This document shows positions 10,257-19,682 of a stretch of 64,000 bases of DNA, in pieces. The stretch is taken from positions 672,001-736,000 of the forward strand of contig OZ241362.1 in the NCBI GenBank assembly GCA_965200315.1, read 5' to 3'. Numbering within the stretch: the stretch's first letter is position 1; each line of letters starts with the position of its first letter. A model generated the notes under the pieces. The model was not told the origin of the DNA, made no database searches, and saw only the letters and a program-made list of their open reading frames with translations. The position numbers and the translations under genes were made by a program. The DNA comes from Candidatus Latescibacterota bacterium. GTDB taxonomy: Bacteria; Latescibacterota; UBA2968; UBA8231.

Positions 10257-11141
10257 TCACGTTGCGGTCATCTGGTCCAACAGGCGCACAAAATCCGCCA
10301 AGTCCGACACCTGTACCGCCGCGTCAAGCAAGGCTTCGAGCTTATCCACATCGTCAAGGCCCTCCAGCCGATTCGCCAACACCTGCGCCATATCTTCCCC
10401 AAACCGCCCCGCCAACACTCTTTGAATACTTCGCTCAATGCCTTGCTCAATGCCTTGCTCAATGCCCCGCTTGAGAAAAGACTCAATAAGTGGAAAACGG
10501 TTCATAATTTCCTCCGAAATGAGAGAATAGATGGTTGATTCTTCGCACACCAAAGAACTCAATACCCCCATGTGCGCCAACACTTTATCCCTCGCGGAAC
10601 GAGATACCGACAACCCTTCGGTCGCGTCCACGCACCAACCCAACCAAGCATCCACATCCACCCCCGCAGGACGCCCCATCAACGGCGTAAACGGCAACAC
10701 GCCCGGATTGCCCGACGACAAATGTGCTACCCCGTCCAATTCGATCAAACGAATCACCTTATACCGCATAACGACTTCATACCCGGCGTCTTCTTGGACG
10801 TAGTGCCCCGGATCGCGGCGACCCGCTTCAGGACGCAAGTAAATCACATGCGCCAACAGCGGCAAACCGTACTCGGCAATGCAGCGGCCCATATACCGGA
10901 CCATTCGACGAGGCATGGGCAGGTGAGTGCTGTCGTCGGTCTGAAACTCGCAGTGAACTAACGCCTCTTTTCCATCCTTCTGCACGCGCAGTAGGCTATC
11001 CATAATCTGCGTATCGAAGGTGGCCTGCTCGGTATTGAGCAGGTCCAGCACCTGTACGTCCGCTTGCCCTAGTAGAAACTCCAAAACGCCTTGGGGATAG
11101 GTGCTAACCAGGGATTTGGAAACACTATCGAACTCAGCCAT
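10257..11141 (-). CDS. Rpn family PD-(D/E)XK nuclease (recombination-promoting nuclease/putative transposase)
   Basis: FDSVSK start, MDSLL...HCEFQT...MPRRMVRY core, C-terminal GIEQGIEQGIE repeat and DUF4351-like tail. Confidence 0.8.
   Translation of the reverse strand: MAEFDSVSKSLVSTYPQGVLEFLLGQADVQVLDLLNTEQATFDTQIMDSLLRVQKDGKEALVHCEFQTDDSTHLPMPRRMVRYMGRCIAEYGLPLLAHVIYLRPEAGRRDPGHYVQEDAGYEVVMRYKVIRLIELDGVAHLSSGNPGVLPFTPLMGRPAGVDVDAWLGWCVDATEGLSVSRSARDKVLAHMGVLSSLVCEESTIYSLISEEIMNRFPLIESFLKRGIEQGIEQGIERSIQRVLAGRFGEDMAQVLANRLEGLDDVDKLEALLDAAVQVSDLADFVRLLDQMTAT
10433..10467 (-). repeat. 12-bp tandem coding repeat (GIEQ)
   Basis: GCTCAATGCCTT unit repeated about 3 times on the + strand. Confidence 0.8.
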
Positions 11142-11308
11142 CCGATCCTCTCGGCTAGGGAAGGACGCAATGGAAAAAGAATATATCCGATTTAGATACC
11201 TAAACAAAGGCAGCCGCCGGTGCTTCACCTTGCGGCAGCAAGACAAGCCGGGTAGCCAATCTGCGTGGCTTCATCGCCCCCTAGTGTGTAGCCCGGCTGG
11301 CCCGCTGC

Positions 11309-11926
11309 TCAGGACAGCTTAACGGCAATGAGGTGCGACTTTTCCAGCGACAGGATGTAGGTCAGCCAATCGTCAGTCTCGTCTAAGCGGCTTCTAAAAG
11401 CAGCCCAAGCCGGATTCTGGTCCCATTGTTCGACTTTGGACCAGCCATCGACAAAGAGGAATGCCCCTGCCGCCAGACGACTTTCCAGCCTGGTGAACAG
11501 GGGCGCAAACGCGGGCAGGCCAAAATCCACAAAGACAAAGTCCACGCCCTCGGGGAGAGCCGCGATAAAATCGGTTCCTTCCCCGGTGTAGCATTCCACC
11601 AAGTGATCTAGGCCAGCTTGACGCAAATTGGCTTGGGCCACCGCCGTTTTCTCCGGCACCCGATCCAAGCTGAAGACGTGGCCCCCGGTGCGCTGGGCCG
11701 CAGCGGCTAGGTGCAGAGTAGAATAGCCGTGCGACGTGCCAAATTCGACCAAGGTCTGCGCCCGTTGGTGGATCGCGGTGAGACAGAGATAATGGGCCAC
11801 TTGGGGGCTGACGGCCCTGAGGCGCAACGGGTCTGTAGAGCCGGCTTGACGCTCCTGCTGATCGCGTCTGTGCAGGCTGGCGACAAGGGCTTGTTGCGCC
11901 GGCGTGAAGAGCGCTTCGCTACGCAC
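11309..11926 (-). CDS. Class I SAM-dependent O-methyltransferase
   Basis: LVEFGTSHGYSTLHLA, DFVFVD motifs. Confidence 0.85.
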   Translation of the reverse strand: MRSEALFTPAQQALVASLHRRDQQERQAGSTDPLRLRAVSPQVAHYLCLTAIHQRAQTLVEFGTSHGYSTLHLAAAAQRTGGHVFSLDRVPEKTAVAQANLRQAGLDHLVECYTGEGTDFIAALPEGVDFVFVDFGLPAFAPLFTRLESRLAAGAFLFVDGWSKVEQWDQNPAWAAFRSRLDETDDWLTYILSLEKSHLIAVKLS

Positions 11927-13402
11927 TCAGCCGGCCTCTGCAAAAGGCGGCACTACCCCCTCATCCAGCGGAAAAATGGGACGCACACAGTGCTGGTAGG
12001 GCAAGGTTTTGAGATTGGCGCTGGTGGCCCCGGGCACATCGACAGCGACAATGCGGGCGGCGATGGCCTCGTAGTGAGTGCGGAAACCGTTGGGCGATTT
12101 GCACACGACCAAGTCGTAGTCAGCCGGATCGTGGCCCTGACTCTGGTACACCTTGCGGCCGACGATGGGGGCGGCTTCTTGGGTCACCAGCAGCGTGAGA
12201 TTGCCACTGGTCAAAATGGCGGTGCGGCTAGGCGGCACTACATAGCCGTCTTCGGTGGTGAAGGCCCCGTCGGACAGGCTTTTGACATACAAAGGCAACT
12301 CCACCGGCGCAAAGCGCTCCGAGTCGAGGGTGCCGCCCAGAGGCCAAGTAAACCGCCCCCCTACTCCCGTTCGATAGGCGGCTTCCACCGCCGGAGCATC
12401 CACTATGGGAATGAGGGCGCGCTTGCTGTAATTGTATTGGAGCAGCCCATTGAGAATGGCGTTGCTGTCGCCGCTGGCACCCGAGGCCGTGGAATCCGCA
12501 GCGTCCGAGAACACCGTGAGGCCCTCGGTTTCTTCGGCCAGACGCACGGCTTGTTCGAGCGCGGTGAGTTTGGGAATCCAGTGAGGGCGGTTTTCCCACA
12601 TAAAGCGGGCCAATTCCAGCGCCAATTCCTCGGCTTGAGCTGGATCGTCGTCGGTGGTGACGATTGCATTAGACTGCAAATCGGGCACATCGGTAAAGGG
12701 GTTGCCAATGACGACGCCAGCGGCCAAGCCACCTAAAGACGCCTCAATTTCACGGCAGCGGCCGATGGCTGCGCCAAAGCGGCCGCTGGCGGTGATGAGT
12801 TCGTCGCCGCGGGCCAATAATGGGATGGGTACGCGGGCCGTGGTGGGCTTGACTTCCCCGTCTAATTGGCGCAACAACAGACGGGCTGCGCGCTGGCCAG
12901 TGTCGCGCATATCCGCGTGCGGATAGGTGTGGAGAAAAACCAAGGCGTCGGCGGCATCGACCAGCCGTTGCGAAATAACTGCGTGCAGGTCCAGGGCTGC
13001 GACAATGGGCACGTCCCCGACGATTTGCCGGATGCCGGACGCAACGCGGCCCTCGGGATCGATTTCGGTTTCGCCGGCCATGGCCCCGTGTAGCGACAGA
13101 CAGACCGCATCCACGGGGGCTTGGCCCTCGACGGCAGCCAACAATTCGCCGATGAGACGCTCCATAGCGGGACCAGCGACCAAACCGCCGGTCGTATTGC
13201 ACCAAGCCCCGTACGTGGGAACGAGTTCGATGTCGGGACGGGCCTCGAGGACGTCGATATTGCCCGCCAGCGTGGAATTGGACCAACGGGCAGCTTCTAG
13301 CAGGGCTAGCCCCCGGTGGATCGTGAAGTCGTCGTAATAGGTAAGCTGGGGGTTAAAGCTGCCAACCTCGTGGTTGAACTTGGCCAAAAGAACGCGTTTC
13401 AT
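11927..13402 (-). CDS. M81 family metallopeptidase (MlrC-like)
   Basis: HEVGSF, LHGAM, LDLHA, TYPHAD, DAADSTASGA, KSPNGFR motifs. Confidence 0.9.
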   Translation of the reverse strand: MKRVLLAKFNHEVGSFNPQLTYYDDFTIHRGLALLEAARWSNSTLAGNIDVLEARPDIELVPTYGAWCNTTGGLVAGPAMERLIGELLAAVEGQAPVDAVCLSLHGAMAGETEIDPEGRVASGIRQIVGDVPIVAALDLHAVISQRLVDAADALVFLHTYPHADMRDTGQRAARLLLRQLDGEVKPTTARVPIPLLARGDELITASGRFGAAIGRCREIEASLGGLAAGVVIGNPFTDVPDLQSNAIVTTDDDPAQAEELALELARFMWENRPHWIPKLTALEQAVRLAEETEGLTVFSDAADSTASGASGDSNAILNGLLQYNYSKRALIPIVDAPAVEAAYRTGVGGRFTWPLGGTLDSERFAPVELPLYVKSLSDGAFTTEDGYVVPPSRTAILTSGNLTLLVTQEAAPIVGRKVYQSQGHDPADYDLVVCKSPNGFRTHYEAIAARIVAVDVPGATSANLKTLPYQHCVRPIFPLDEGVVPPFAEAG

Positions 13403-13588
13403 AAGAAACCTTCCGCAGAGGCGATTGGGATGGGTTGCAAGGACGCAAAGCTGAAGTGAAACTTAGTGAGACAAAGAGTCTCGCTAATAATGTATAAACA
13501 CTACATTGCTCGGGGAGATAGTGTCAATCCGGCAATGTTCTGCGCCTTCCTGTTGTACGAGGAGATTCATTGCGAGAGGAACACACGT

Positions 13589-14566
13589 ATGAACGCCCCC
13601 CCTACCGACGGCATCCGCGTCGCCGTCACCGACCTTGAGCAACTGGTCGTCGATATTTTCGCGGCCGTGCCGCTACCGGCAGATCACGCTCAGCTCATCG
13701 CCAGCAAACTGGTCGAATGCGACCTGCGTGGCGTCGTCAGCCACGGCGTCCTGCAAGTCAATCGCTACGTCCGTTCATTCCAAGACGGCACTGTCAACCC
13801 GAACCCGCAAATCCGCGTACTCAAGGAAGGACCAATCACGGCCGCGCTCTCCGGCGACGGCGGCTTGGGCTACCTCGTCGCCACCAAGGGCATGGAAATA
13901 GCCATCGCCAAGGCCCAAGAATTTGGGATCGGCGCAGCCACCTCCACCTACCACGCTCATCTTGGCAGCACCGGCAACTACGCGCGCATGGCCATGCGCG
14001 CTGACCTGATCGGCATTTCAACCTCCGGTCGCAATGCCTCCGACCACTACAATCGCGATTCGACGATCCGGGGATCCATCCAAGGCAGCCCGCCCTTGGC
14101 CTTCGGCATGCCAGCCGGAGAGGGCAAACCGACCTTCCTCCTCGACTTTGCCAGCCACTACGCAATCGACGACGAGACCTTCCTGAAGTACCCGCCGGTT
14201 TTCATCAAGGCCATCGGCATTTCGCACGTGGGCAATATTCTCTCGGGTACACTAGGAGGGCAGATGCTGACGGAGTTTTCGCGGGGCAATATCGAGTTCA
14301 CAGGCGCCGATCAATCGGGCTTCTTCCTCGCCCTAGACGTGAACTGCTTTTCCGATCTCGACGCTTTCAAGGCCGACATGGATCACCTGATGGACGAGGC
14401 CAGTCGCATGAAGCCACTGCCCAACTTCAGCGAGTCCTTCCTGCCCGGCGGCAAGGAGCTAGAGAGGGAAACTCAGTACCGCCGGGATGGTGTACCGATT
14501 TCAGCGCAAGCCGTCGAGGGGCTTGAGGGAGTAGCAAAGGAATTTTCCATCGCCACTCCTTGGTAG
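13589..14566 (+). CDS. Ldh_2 family (malate/L-lactate/ureidoglycolate) dehydrogenase
   Basis: DLRGVVSHG, DGGLGY, AIAKAQEFGIG, LPGGKE. Confidence 0.88.
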   Translation: MNAPPTDGIRVAVTDLEQLVVDIFAAVPLPADHAQLIASKLVECDLRGVVSHGVLQVNRYVRSFQDGTVNPNPQIRVLKEGPITAALSGDGGLGYLVATKGMEIAIAKAQEFGIGAATSTYHAHLGSTGNYARMAMRADLIGISTSGRNASDHYNRDSTIRGSIQGSPPLAFGMPAGEGKPTFLLDFASHYAIDDETFLKYPPVFIKAIGISHVGNILSGTLGGQMLTEFSRGNIEFTGADQSGFFLALDVNCFSDLDAFKADMDHLMDEASRMKPLPNFSESFLPGGKELERETQYRRDGVPISAQAVEGLEGVAKEFSIATPW

Positions 14567-14625
14567 CCCTCGCGCATACCGTTCCATGCCTTCCGCAGCA
14601 CGCGACCGAGAAACGGAGCTAAAAA

Positions 14626-15559
14626 ATGAATATCGCGCTCGTCGTGATTGACACCCTCCGCTACGATTATATCGGCGCAAACGGCAATACTTGGATCGAA
14701 ACGCCGAATATCGACCGCTTTGCAGCGAAAGCATGGGCACTGGCCGGACAACTGGTGCCATCAACCCATGTTTGCATGCCTCGGCGAAAACGCCGCGAGA
14801 AGCGGGCTCCTCCAGACCTACGCCCGGGCGAACCGCAACCGCAAAAAACCGGAGGATTGGAACTGCGCAAAGTTGTTCAGGAGCGCGGCCCAATTCCTCA
14901 AAGACAATGCAAAGCGCGAGAATTTCTTCCTCTGGGTGGATTGTTTCGACCCCCACGAACCGTGGGATGCACCGATCGAGTTTATGAAAAGGTACGACGT
15001 GCGACCGGACTACGATGGGCGCGTTGACCCGCGCAGCCTCTTCGGCGGGCGGAACCACAAAGACCTCCCCGACGAGGCCAAGGAACACATCAAAGCGCAA
15101 TACCCGGCGAAATTGACTTGGATGGACCACTGTTTTGGGCAATTCTTGGACACACTCGAATCCACCGGGCTCGACCAGAACACGGCCGTCATCTTAACCG
15201 GCGACCACGGCACCAACGTCGGTGAGCGCGGCACTTTTGGCAAAGGGCAACCAGTGCGCGAGGCCGAAGCGCATGTTCCGCTCTTCATCCGAATGCCGGA
15301 TGGCGATACCGGACGGAGCGATGTTATGGTGCAACCGCAAGACTTCTTCTCCACGATCCTCGCAATCCTCGGCGAAACAGAACCGGGAGGCATTGAGGGC
15401 TGTGACATTTTAACTCCCGCCCGGCGCGGTGAAGCCGGCCAACGGCAACTCGCATTGGCAGGCGGGAGCCTCGAACGCTGGAACCAAGCCGGGCAGCATC
15501 CAAACTTCGTCCTCTTTACCGCGTGTGCTAGCCGGGGTTTACTGGTGGCAAGGACATAG
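14626..15559 (+). pseudogene. Sulfatase with internal deletion/frameshift
   Basis: MNIALVVIDTLRYD...TPNIDRFA start in one frame and FDPHEPW...TGDHG core in another; CxPxR region absent; C-terminus truncated. Confidence 0.75.
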
Positions 15560-15596
15560 TTTCAGGGATTCGAGAGGAAAGTTATAAGGCAAAATT

Positions 15597-16625
15597 TCAC
15601 TCCCACACCCGTTCCTCCAGCACCCCTTCGCACTCCCGTCCGTCCTCAAAGAGCACCCGTATCTTCACCTGCTGCCGGTCAAAGTCGGCTGGCAATTCCC
15701 ACAGGTGCGTCGCCAGATCGCGCGACGATTCAGCGAGTGGATCGATCGGTGCTAATGGCCCCAAGTCCCTCACCTCGACCTGCGTGCGCGGCGAACCATC
15801 AAACACATTGACAAAGCGGCGACCCGAAGCCTGATGCCGACACAATTCCACCGCCTCGTCTTGGTGCGACTGGAAAGCGTAGTACTGGCTCCTGAAATTC
15901 CCTTCCTCATCAACTTCGACCACCCGATACCCCTGGGGTTCGCGTCCTTGCGGGCCGCGGCTTTCCAGCCCCGTCTTCCACCAATTGCCCGACACCGCCG
16001 CCGTGGTCATAACCTCCATAGCGCCGACGAAGTGGCGGCCGTTTTCATGGTGGTGGCCGTGCAAGGTGATCGCCCGTTCAAAGGGCTGCAATAGCGTCAG
16101 CAAGCGCCGCGCCCCGGCAATCTCGTTGGTGGGGAAAGCCATGTCCGGCACCTGACCCGAGCGCTGTGGAAAGGTCGTCGATAGAGGCACGTGGCTGACC
16201 ACCACCAGCGGCGCGGCCCGGTCCACCTCCGCCAGATCCGCGGCCAGCCACTCCAATAGCCCCTCGTCGGCTAGGACGTGCCAGTTGGACGGGTGATCCT
16301 CGGTCGGCTCGAAGTAGCGCACCACGTCCAACAGCACAAAATGGACGCCGCCAATATCGGCGCTGGCGTGCATCGTCCCCCCTTGTTCCCGAGGCAGATA
16401 GCCGCTGCACATCTCGTGGTTGCCGTGGCTCATCAGCACCGGCACAGATACCCTCTCCATGGTCTGGGCGTATTGCGCTAGTGCCTCGGGCGTGAGGCCC
16501 ACGTCGCCGCCGTTGATCAGGACTTCAGGCTGATGCTCCAGCATGGATTCCACACACAGCTCAAATCCCTCGCGGGTGTCTATCCCGGAGTCGAGGTGAA
16601 TGTCGGTAAAGTAGATGAATTTCAT
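15597..16625 (-). CDS. Calcineurin-like metallophosphoesterase
   Basis: DIH, GGD, GNHE, SHVP, GHHH motifs. Confidence 0.88.
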   Translation of the reverse strand: MKFIYFTDIHLDSGIDTREGFELCVESMLEHQPEVLINGGDVGLTPEALAQYAQTMERVSVPVLMSHGNHEMCSGYLPREQGGTMHASADIGGVHFVLLDVVRYFEPTEDHPSNWHVLADEGLLEWLAADLAEVDRAAPLVVVSHVPLSTTFPQRSGQVPDMAFPTNEIAGARRLLTLLQPFERAITLHGHHHENGRHFVGAMEVMTTAAVSGNWWKTGLESRGPQGREPQGYRVVEVDEEGNFRSQYYAFQSHQDEAVELCRHQASGRRFVNVFDGSPRTQVEVRDLGPLAPIDPLAESSRDLATHLWELPADFDRQQVKIRVLFEDGRECEGVLEERVWE

Positions 16626-16699
16626 CGGATTATTCCTCAAGAAGCCTTCCTAAAATTGTTTTCGTTTTGCGATTTGCTATGGCAATGTGTATAAACGCT

Positions 16700-17001
16700 T
16701 CACTCTTCAACCGACGTAGAAGCGGTTGCCGGATGAAAGCCAGCACCTAAGACAAAATCTCCGCCGCCGCCGAGAGCAGAATAGGGAATAGCATAGCTCA
16801 CTTTAGGCGAGCTGGTGTCCCCTTCTATCTCTGGATTGGGCCAAAGGTACTCGACAAAACCGCCGCCTTGAGCTGCCGCGGCGATGAGTTCTTGGACCAT
16901 CTTGACGCCGTTGGCGTCTTCAAGATCGTAGATGTTTTGGCCTTCAAGGTCTGTATGGACTCCGTTAAAGGTTAGGACCCCATCGGTCCAACAAAGAGGT
17001 A
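16700..17001 (-). pseudogene. Cache-domain protein remnant
   Basis: LEGQNIYDLEDANGVKMVQELIAAAAQGGGFVEYLWPNP...PKVSYA is a typical single Cache domain segment; 5' end missing. Confidence 0.65.
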
Positions 17002-17151
17002 GATACCTCTTTCTTGCTCACTTCAGTAATCAAAATAAACTTACCCTACAAACGCAATTGCTTCCGGCCGGTGAACAAGCGGGTCGCATGACGGCTTCGG
17101 CTGGAACAAGCTCTCTGAACGGCCGCTTTTACCTGTGAAAGTGAGGGTTAT

Positions 17152-17565
17152 ATGGCCTTCGCCCGCGTCTCCCGTCCTGCTCTTTTCCAAGCCCCCCTAA
17201 GTCGAGGCATCGCCACCGTCCTCGGCCCCCAAGGCTTGCGTCTGACGGGTCTGACTAGCTTTCACCTCGACGAGGGGCCCGATTTTGCTTGGCTCAATAT
17301 CTACCGCACCCTAGCCGACGGCCGCCAACTCGAAATCACGCGCGAGCGCACCCCAGACCAAGTGGTTCAAGAAGGCGATAGCGTTGCGGTGCATTGGGCG
17401 GCCTGCCCTGCGGTGCAAGCCGAATTGCAGGCGCACTACCGCATCGCTGGGCCCGAGAGCCTCGACGCCACCTTCGTCGATGCCCAAGACGCCTATCACT
17501 TCATGCAAATACTCGACGCCTTGTACGACAGCGCCCAACGCCGCGAAAAAGTCATGATCGACTAA
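17152..17565 (+). pseudogene. Chimeric ORF: hypothetical N-terminus fused to an oxidoreductase-like C-terminal helix
   Basis: C-terminal AQDAYHFMQILDALYDSAQRREKV resembles the end of Gfo/Idh/MocA proteins; abrupt change in sequence character. Confidence 0.35.
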
Positions 17566-17614
17566 AGAAGCCCGCGGCCAGGACTTCAATTGCAGAAGCG
17601 ATGCTAAGGGAAGT

Positions 17615-17887
17615 TCACGGACGCCGAGCCGCTTTCAGGTCGCCCCAGGTAGTTTGGACGACAGCGGTAGCATCACCGATGCGGTGGAGTTCCAAGGTTT
17701 CGACCCCGCCCTCTTCCTTGGTATTGATGAACAAAGTATCCCCTTCAATGGCATAGGTGCTATTTATCTTCTCGAAGCGAGAAGGCAAAGGAACGTGACA
17801 GACGACAGAAGGTGGTGCATGACGACCTCCTTTGAAGGATATAAAGATCAGGATAAAGGGGCTCCGGGACAGTATCCGCAGCAACAT
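17615..17887 (-). pseudogene. C-terminal remnant of a secreted protein ending in a TTWGxLK motif
   Basis: YAIEGDTLFI...LELHRIGDATAVVQTTWGDLKAARRP. Confidence 0.5.
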
Positions 17888-17965
17888 CCCGCCCTCAGTT
17901 GACGAGTTAAAACTCAGATGCTACTATCCGTCTTTCGTCTCACTTCCCTCAAAAGAAAGCACACT

Positions 17966-19636
17966 ATGACCGACTCCACCCCCATCAGCAAGCACATCAC
18001 CCAAGGCCCATCCCGGGCCGGAGCCCGCGCCATGTACCGGGCCGCCGGCTTCGACGCCGAGGCCCTGCGCCAACCCCTCATCGGCATTGCCAACACCTGG
18101 ACCGAGCTAGGCCCTTGCAATTTTGGCCTGCGCGGCCTAGCCGAGCACGTCAAGGCCGGCATCCGCCGTGCCGGCGGCACCCCCCTCGAATTCAATACAG
18201 TGGTGATCTCCGACGGCATCACCATGGGCACCGAAGGCATGAAGACCTCGCTCATTTCGCGCGAAGTCATCGCCGACTCCATGGAACTGGTGGTGCGCGG
18301 CCATATGCTCGACGGCTTTGTCGCCCTCACCGGCTGCGACAAGACCACCCCAGGGGCCATTATGGCCATGTGCCGCTTGGACATCCCTTCGGTGCTGCTC
18401 TACGGCGGCTCGATTATGCCCGGTCGCCACGACCAAGCCGATATCACCATCCAAGACGTGTATGAAGCCATCGGTGCCCACGCCACCGGCCGCATCGACG
18501 ACGATCAATTGCGCCTCATCGAAGAAAACGCCTGCCCCGGGGCTGGGTCCTGCGGCGGTCAATTCACCGCCAATACCATGGCCACCGCGGCCGAGATTCT
18601 CGGCGTGGCCCTCATGGGCTCGGGCTCGGTGCCGGCCACCGACCCGCGCAAGGAAGCCGTCGGCACCCAAGTCGGGAGCCTAGCCGTCGAATTGGTGCGC
18701 CAAAATCGCAAACCCTCGCAGATCATCACCCGTCCCGCCCTCGACAACGCCATCCGCTCCATTGCCACCACCGGCGGCTCGACCAACGGCGTGCTGCATT
18801 TTCTGGCCATCGCCCGGGAGGCTGGATTGGAACTGGACATTGAGGACTTCCAGACCTTGAGCAGTTCTACCCCACTCATGGTCGACCTCAAGCCCGGCGG
18901 CCGCTTTGTCGCCCCCGACTTGGACAAAGCCGGCGGCATCTCCTTAGTCGCCCGCCGCCTCAAAGAAGCCGGCCTGCTGCACGAGGACGCCCTCACGGTA
19001 TCGGGCCGCACCATCGGCCAAGAGGCCGACCGCGCCGTGGAAACCCCCGGCCAACAGGTCGTGGTGCCGGTCGATAAACCGCTAAAAAAATCGGGAGGTC
19101 TAGTCGTGCTCAAGGGCAATCTCGCCCCCGAAGGCGCGGTGGTGAAATTGGCCGGCCACGAACGCGCCCAGCATCAAGGCCCGGCCCGCGTCTTCGACAG
19201 CGAGGACGAAGTCATGCCGGCCATTGAGCAGGGCCACATCCAGCCCGGCGATGTGGTGGTCATCCGCTACGAAGGCCCCAAGGGCGGACCGGGCATGCGC
19301 GAGATGCTAGCCGTCACCGGTGCCATTGTGGGGGCCGGTCTGGGCGACTTTGTGGCCCTAGTAACCGATGGCCGCTTTTCGGGTGCTACTCGCGGCCTGA
19401 TGATCGGCCACGCCGCGCCCGAAGCCGCAGTGGGCGGCCCCTTGGCCGTCCTGCGCGACGGCGATACCATCACCATCGACACCGCGGCCGGCCGGTTGGA
19501 CGTAGCCCTAGACGCAGCCGAGCTGCAGGCCCGCCTAGCCGTCTGGGAGGCCCCACCGCCGCGCTACACCTCCGGCGTGATGGCCAAATACGCCCGCTCG
19601 GTGTCGTCGGCAGCCCAAGGAGCAGTGACTGGCTAA
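17966..19636 (+). CDS. ilvD: Dihydroxy-acid dehydratase
   Basis: PCN, SDGITMGTEGMK, GCDKT, CGGQFTANTM, GGSTN, GPKGGPGMREM, TDGRFSG. Confidence 0.96.
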   Translation: MTDSTPISKHITQGPSRAGARAMYRAAGFDAEALRQPLIGIANTWTELGPCNFGLRGLAEHVKAGIRRAGGTPLEFNTVVISDGITMGTEGMKTSLISREVIADSMELVVRGHMLDGFVALTGCDKTTPGAIMAMCRLDIPSVLLYGGSIMPGRHDQADITIQDVYEAIGAHATGRIDDDQLRLIEENACPGAGSCGGQFTANTMATAAEILGVALMGSGSVPATDPRKEAVGTQVGSLAVELVRQNRKPSQIITRPALDNAIRSIATTGGSTNGVLHFLAIAREAGLELDIEDFQTLSSSTPLMVDLKPGGRFVAPDLDKAGGISLVARRLKEAGLLHEDALTVSGRTIGQEADRAVETPGQQVVVPVDKPLKKSGGLVVLKGNLAPEGAVVKLAGHERAQHQGPARVFDSEDEVMPAIEQGHIQPGDVVVIRYEGPKGGPGMREMLAVTGAIVGAGLGDFVALVTDGRFSGATRGLMIGHAAPEAAVGGPLAVLRDGDTITIDTAAGRLDVALDAAELQARLAVWEAPPPRYTSGVMAKYARSVSSAAQGAVTG

Positions 19637-19682
19637 TGTTCAGAGTAATGTCGGGAAAGCCGGGCGATAAGAGAGGTGCGCC

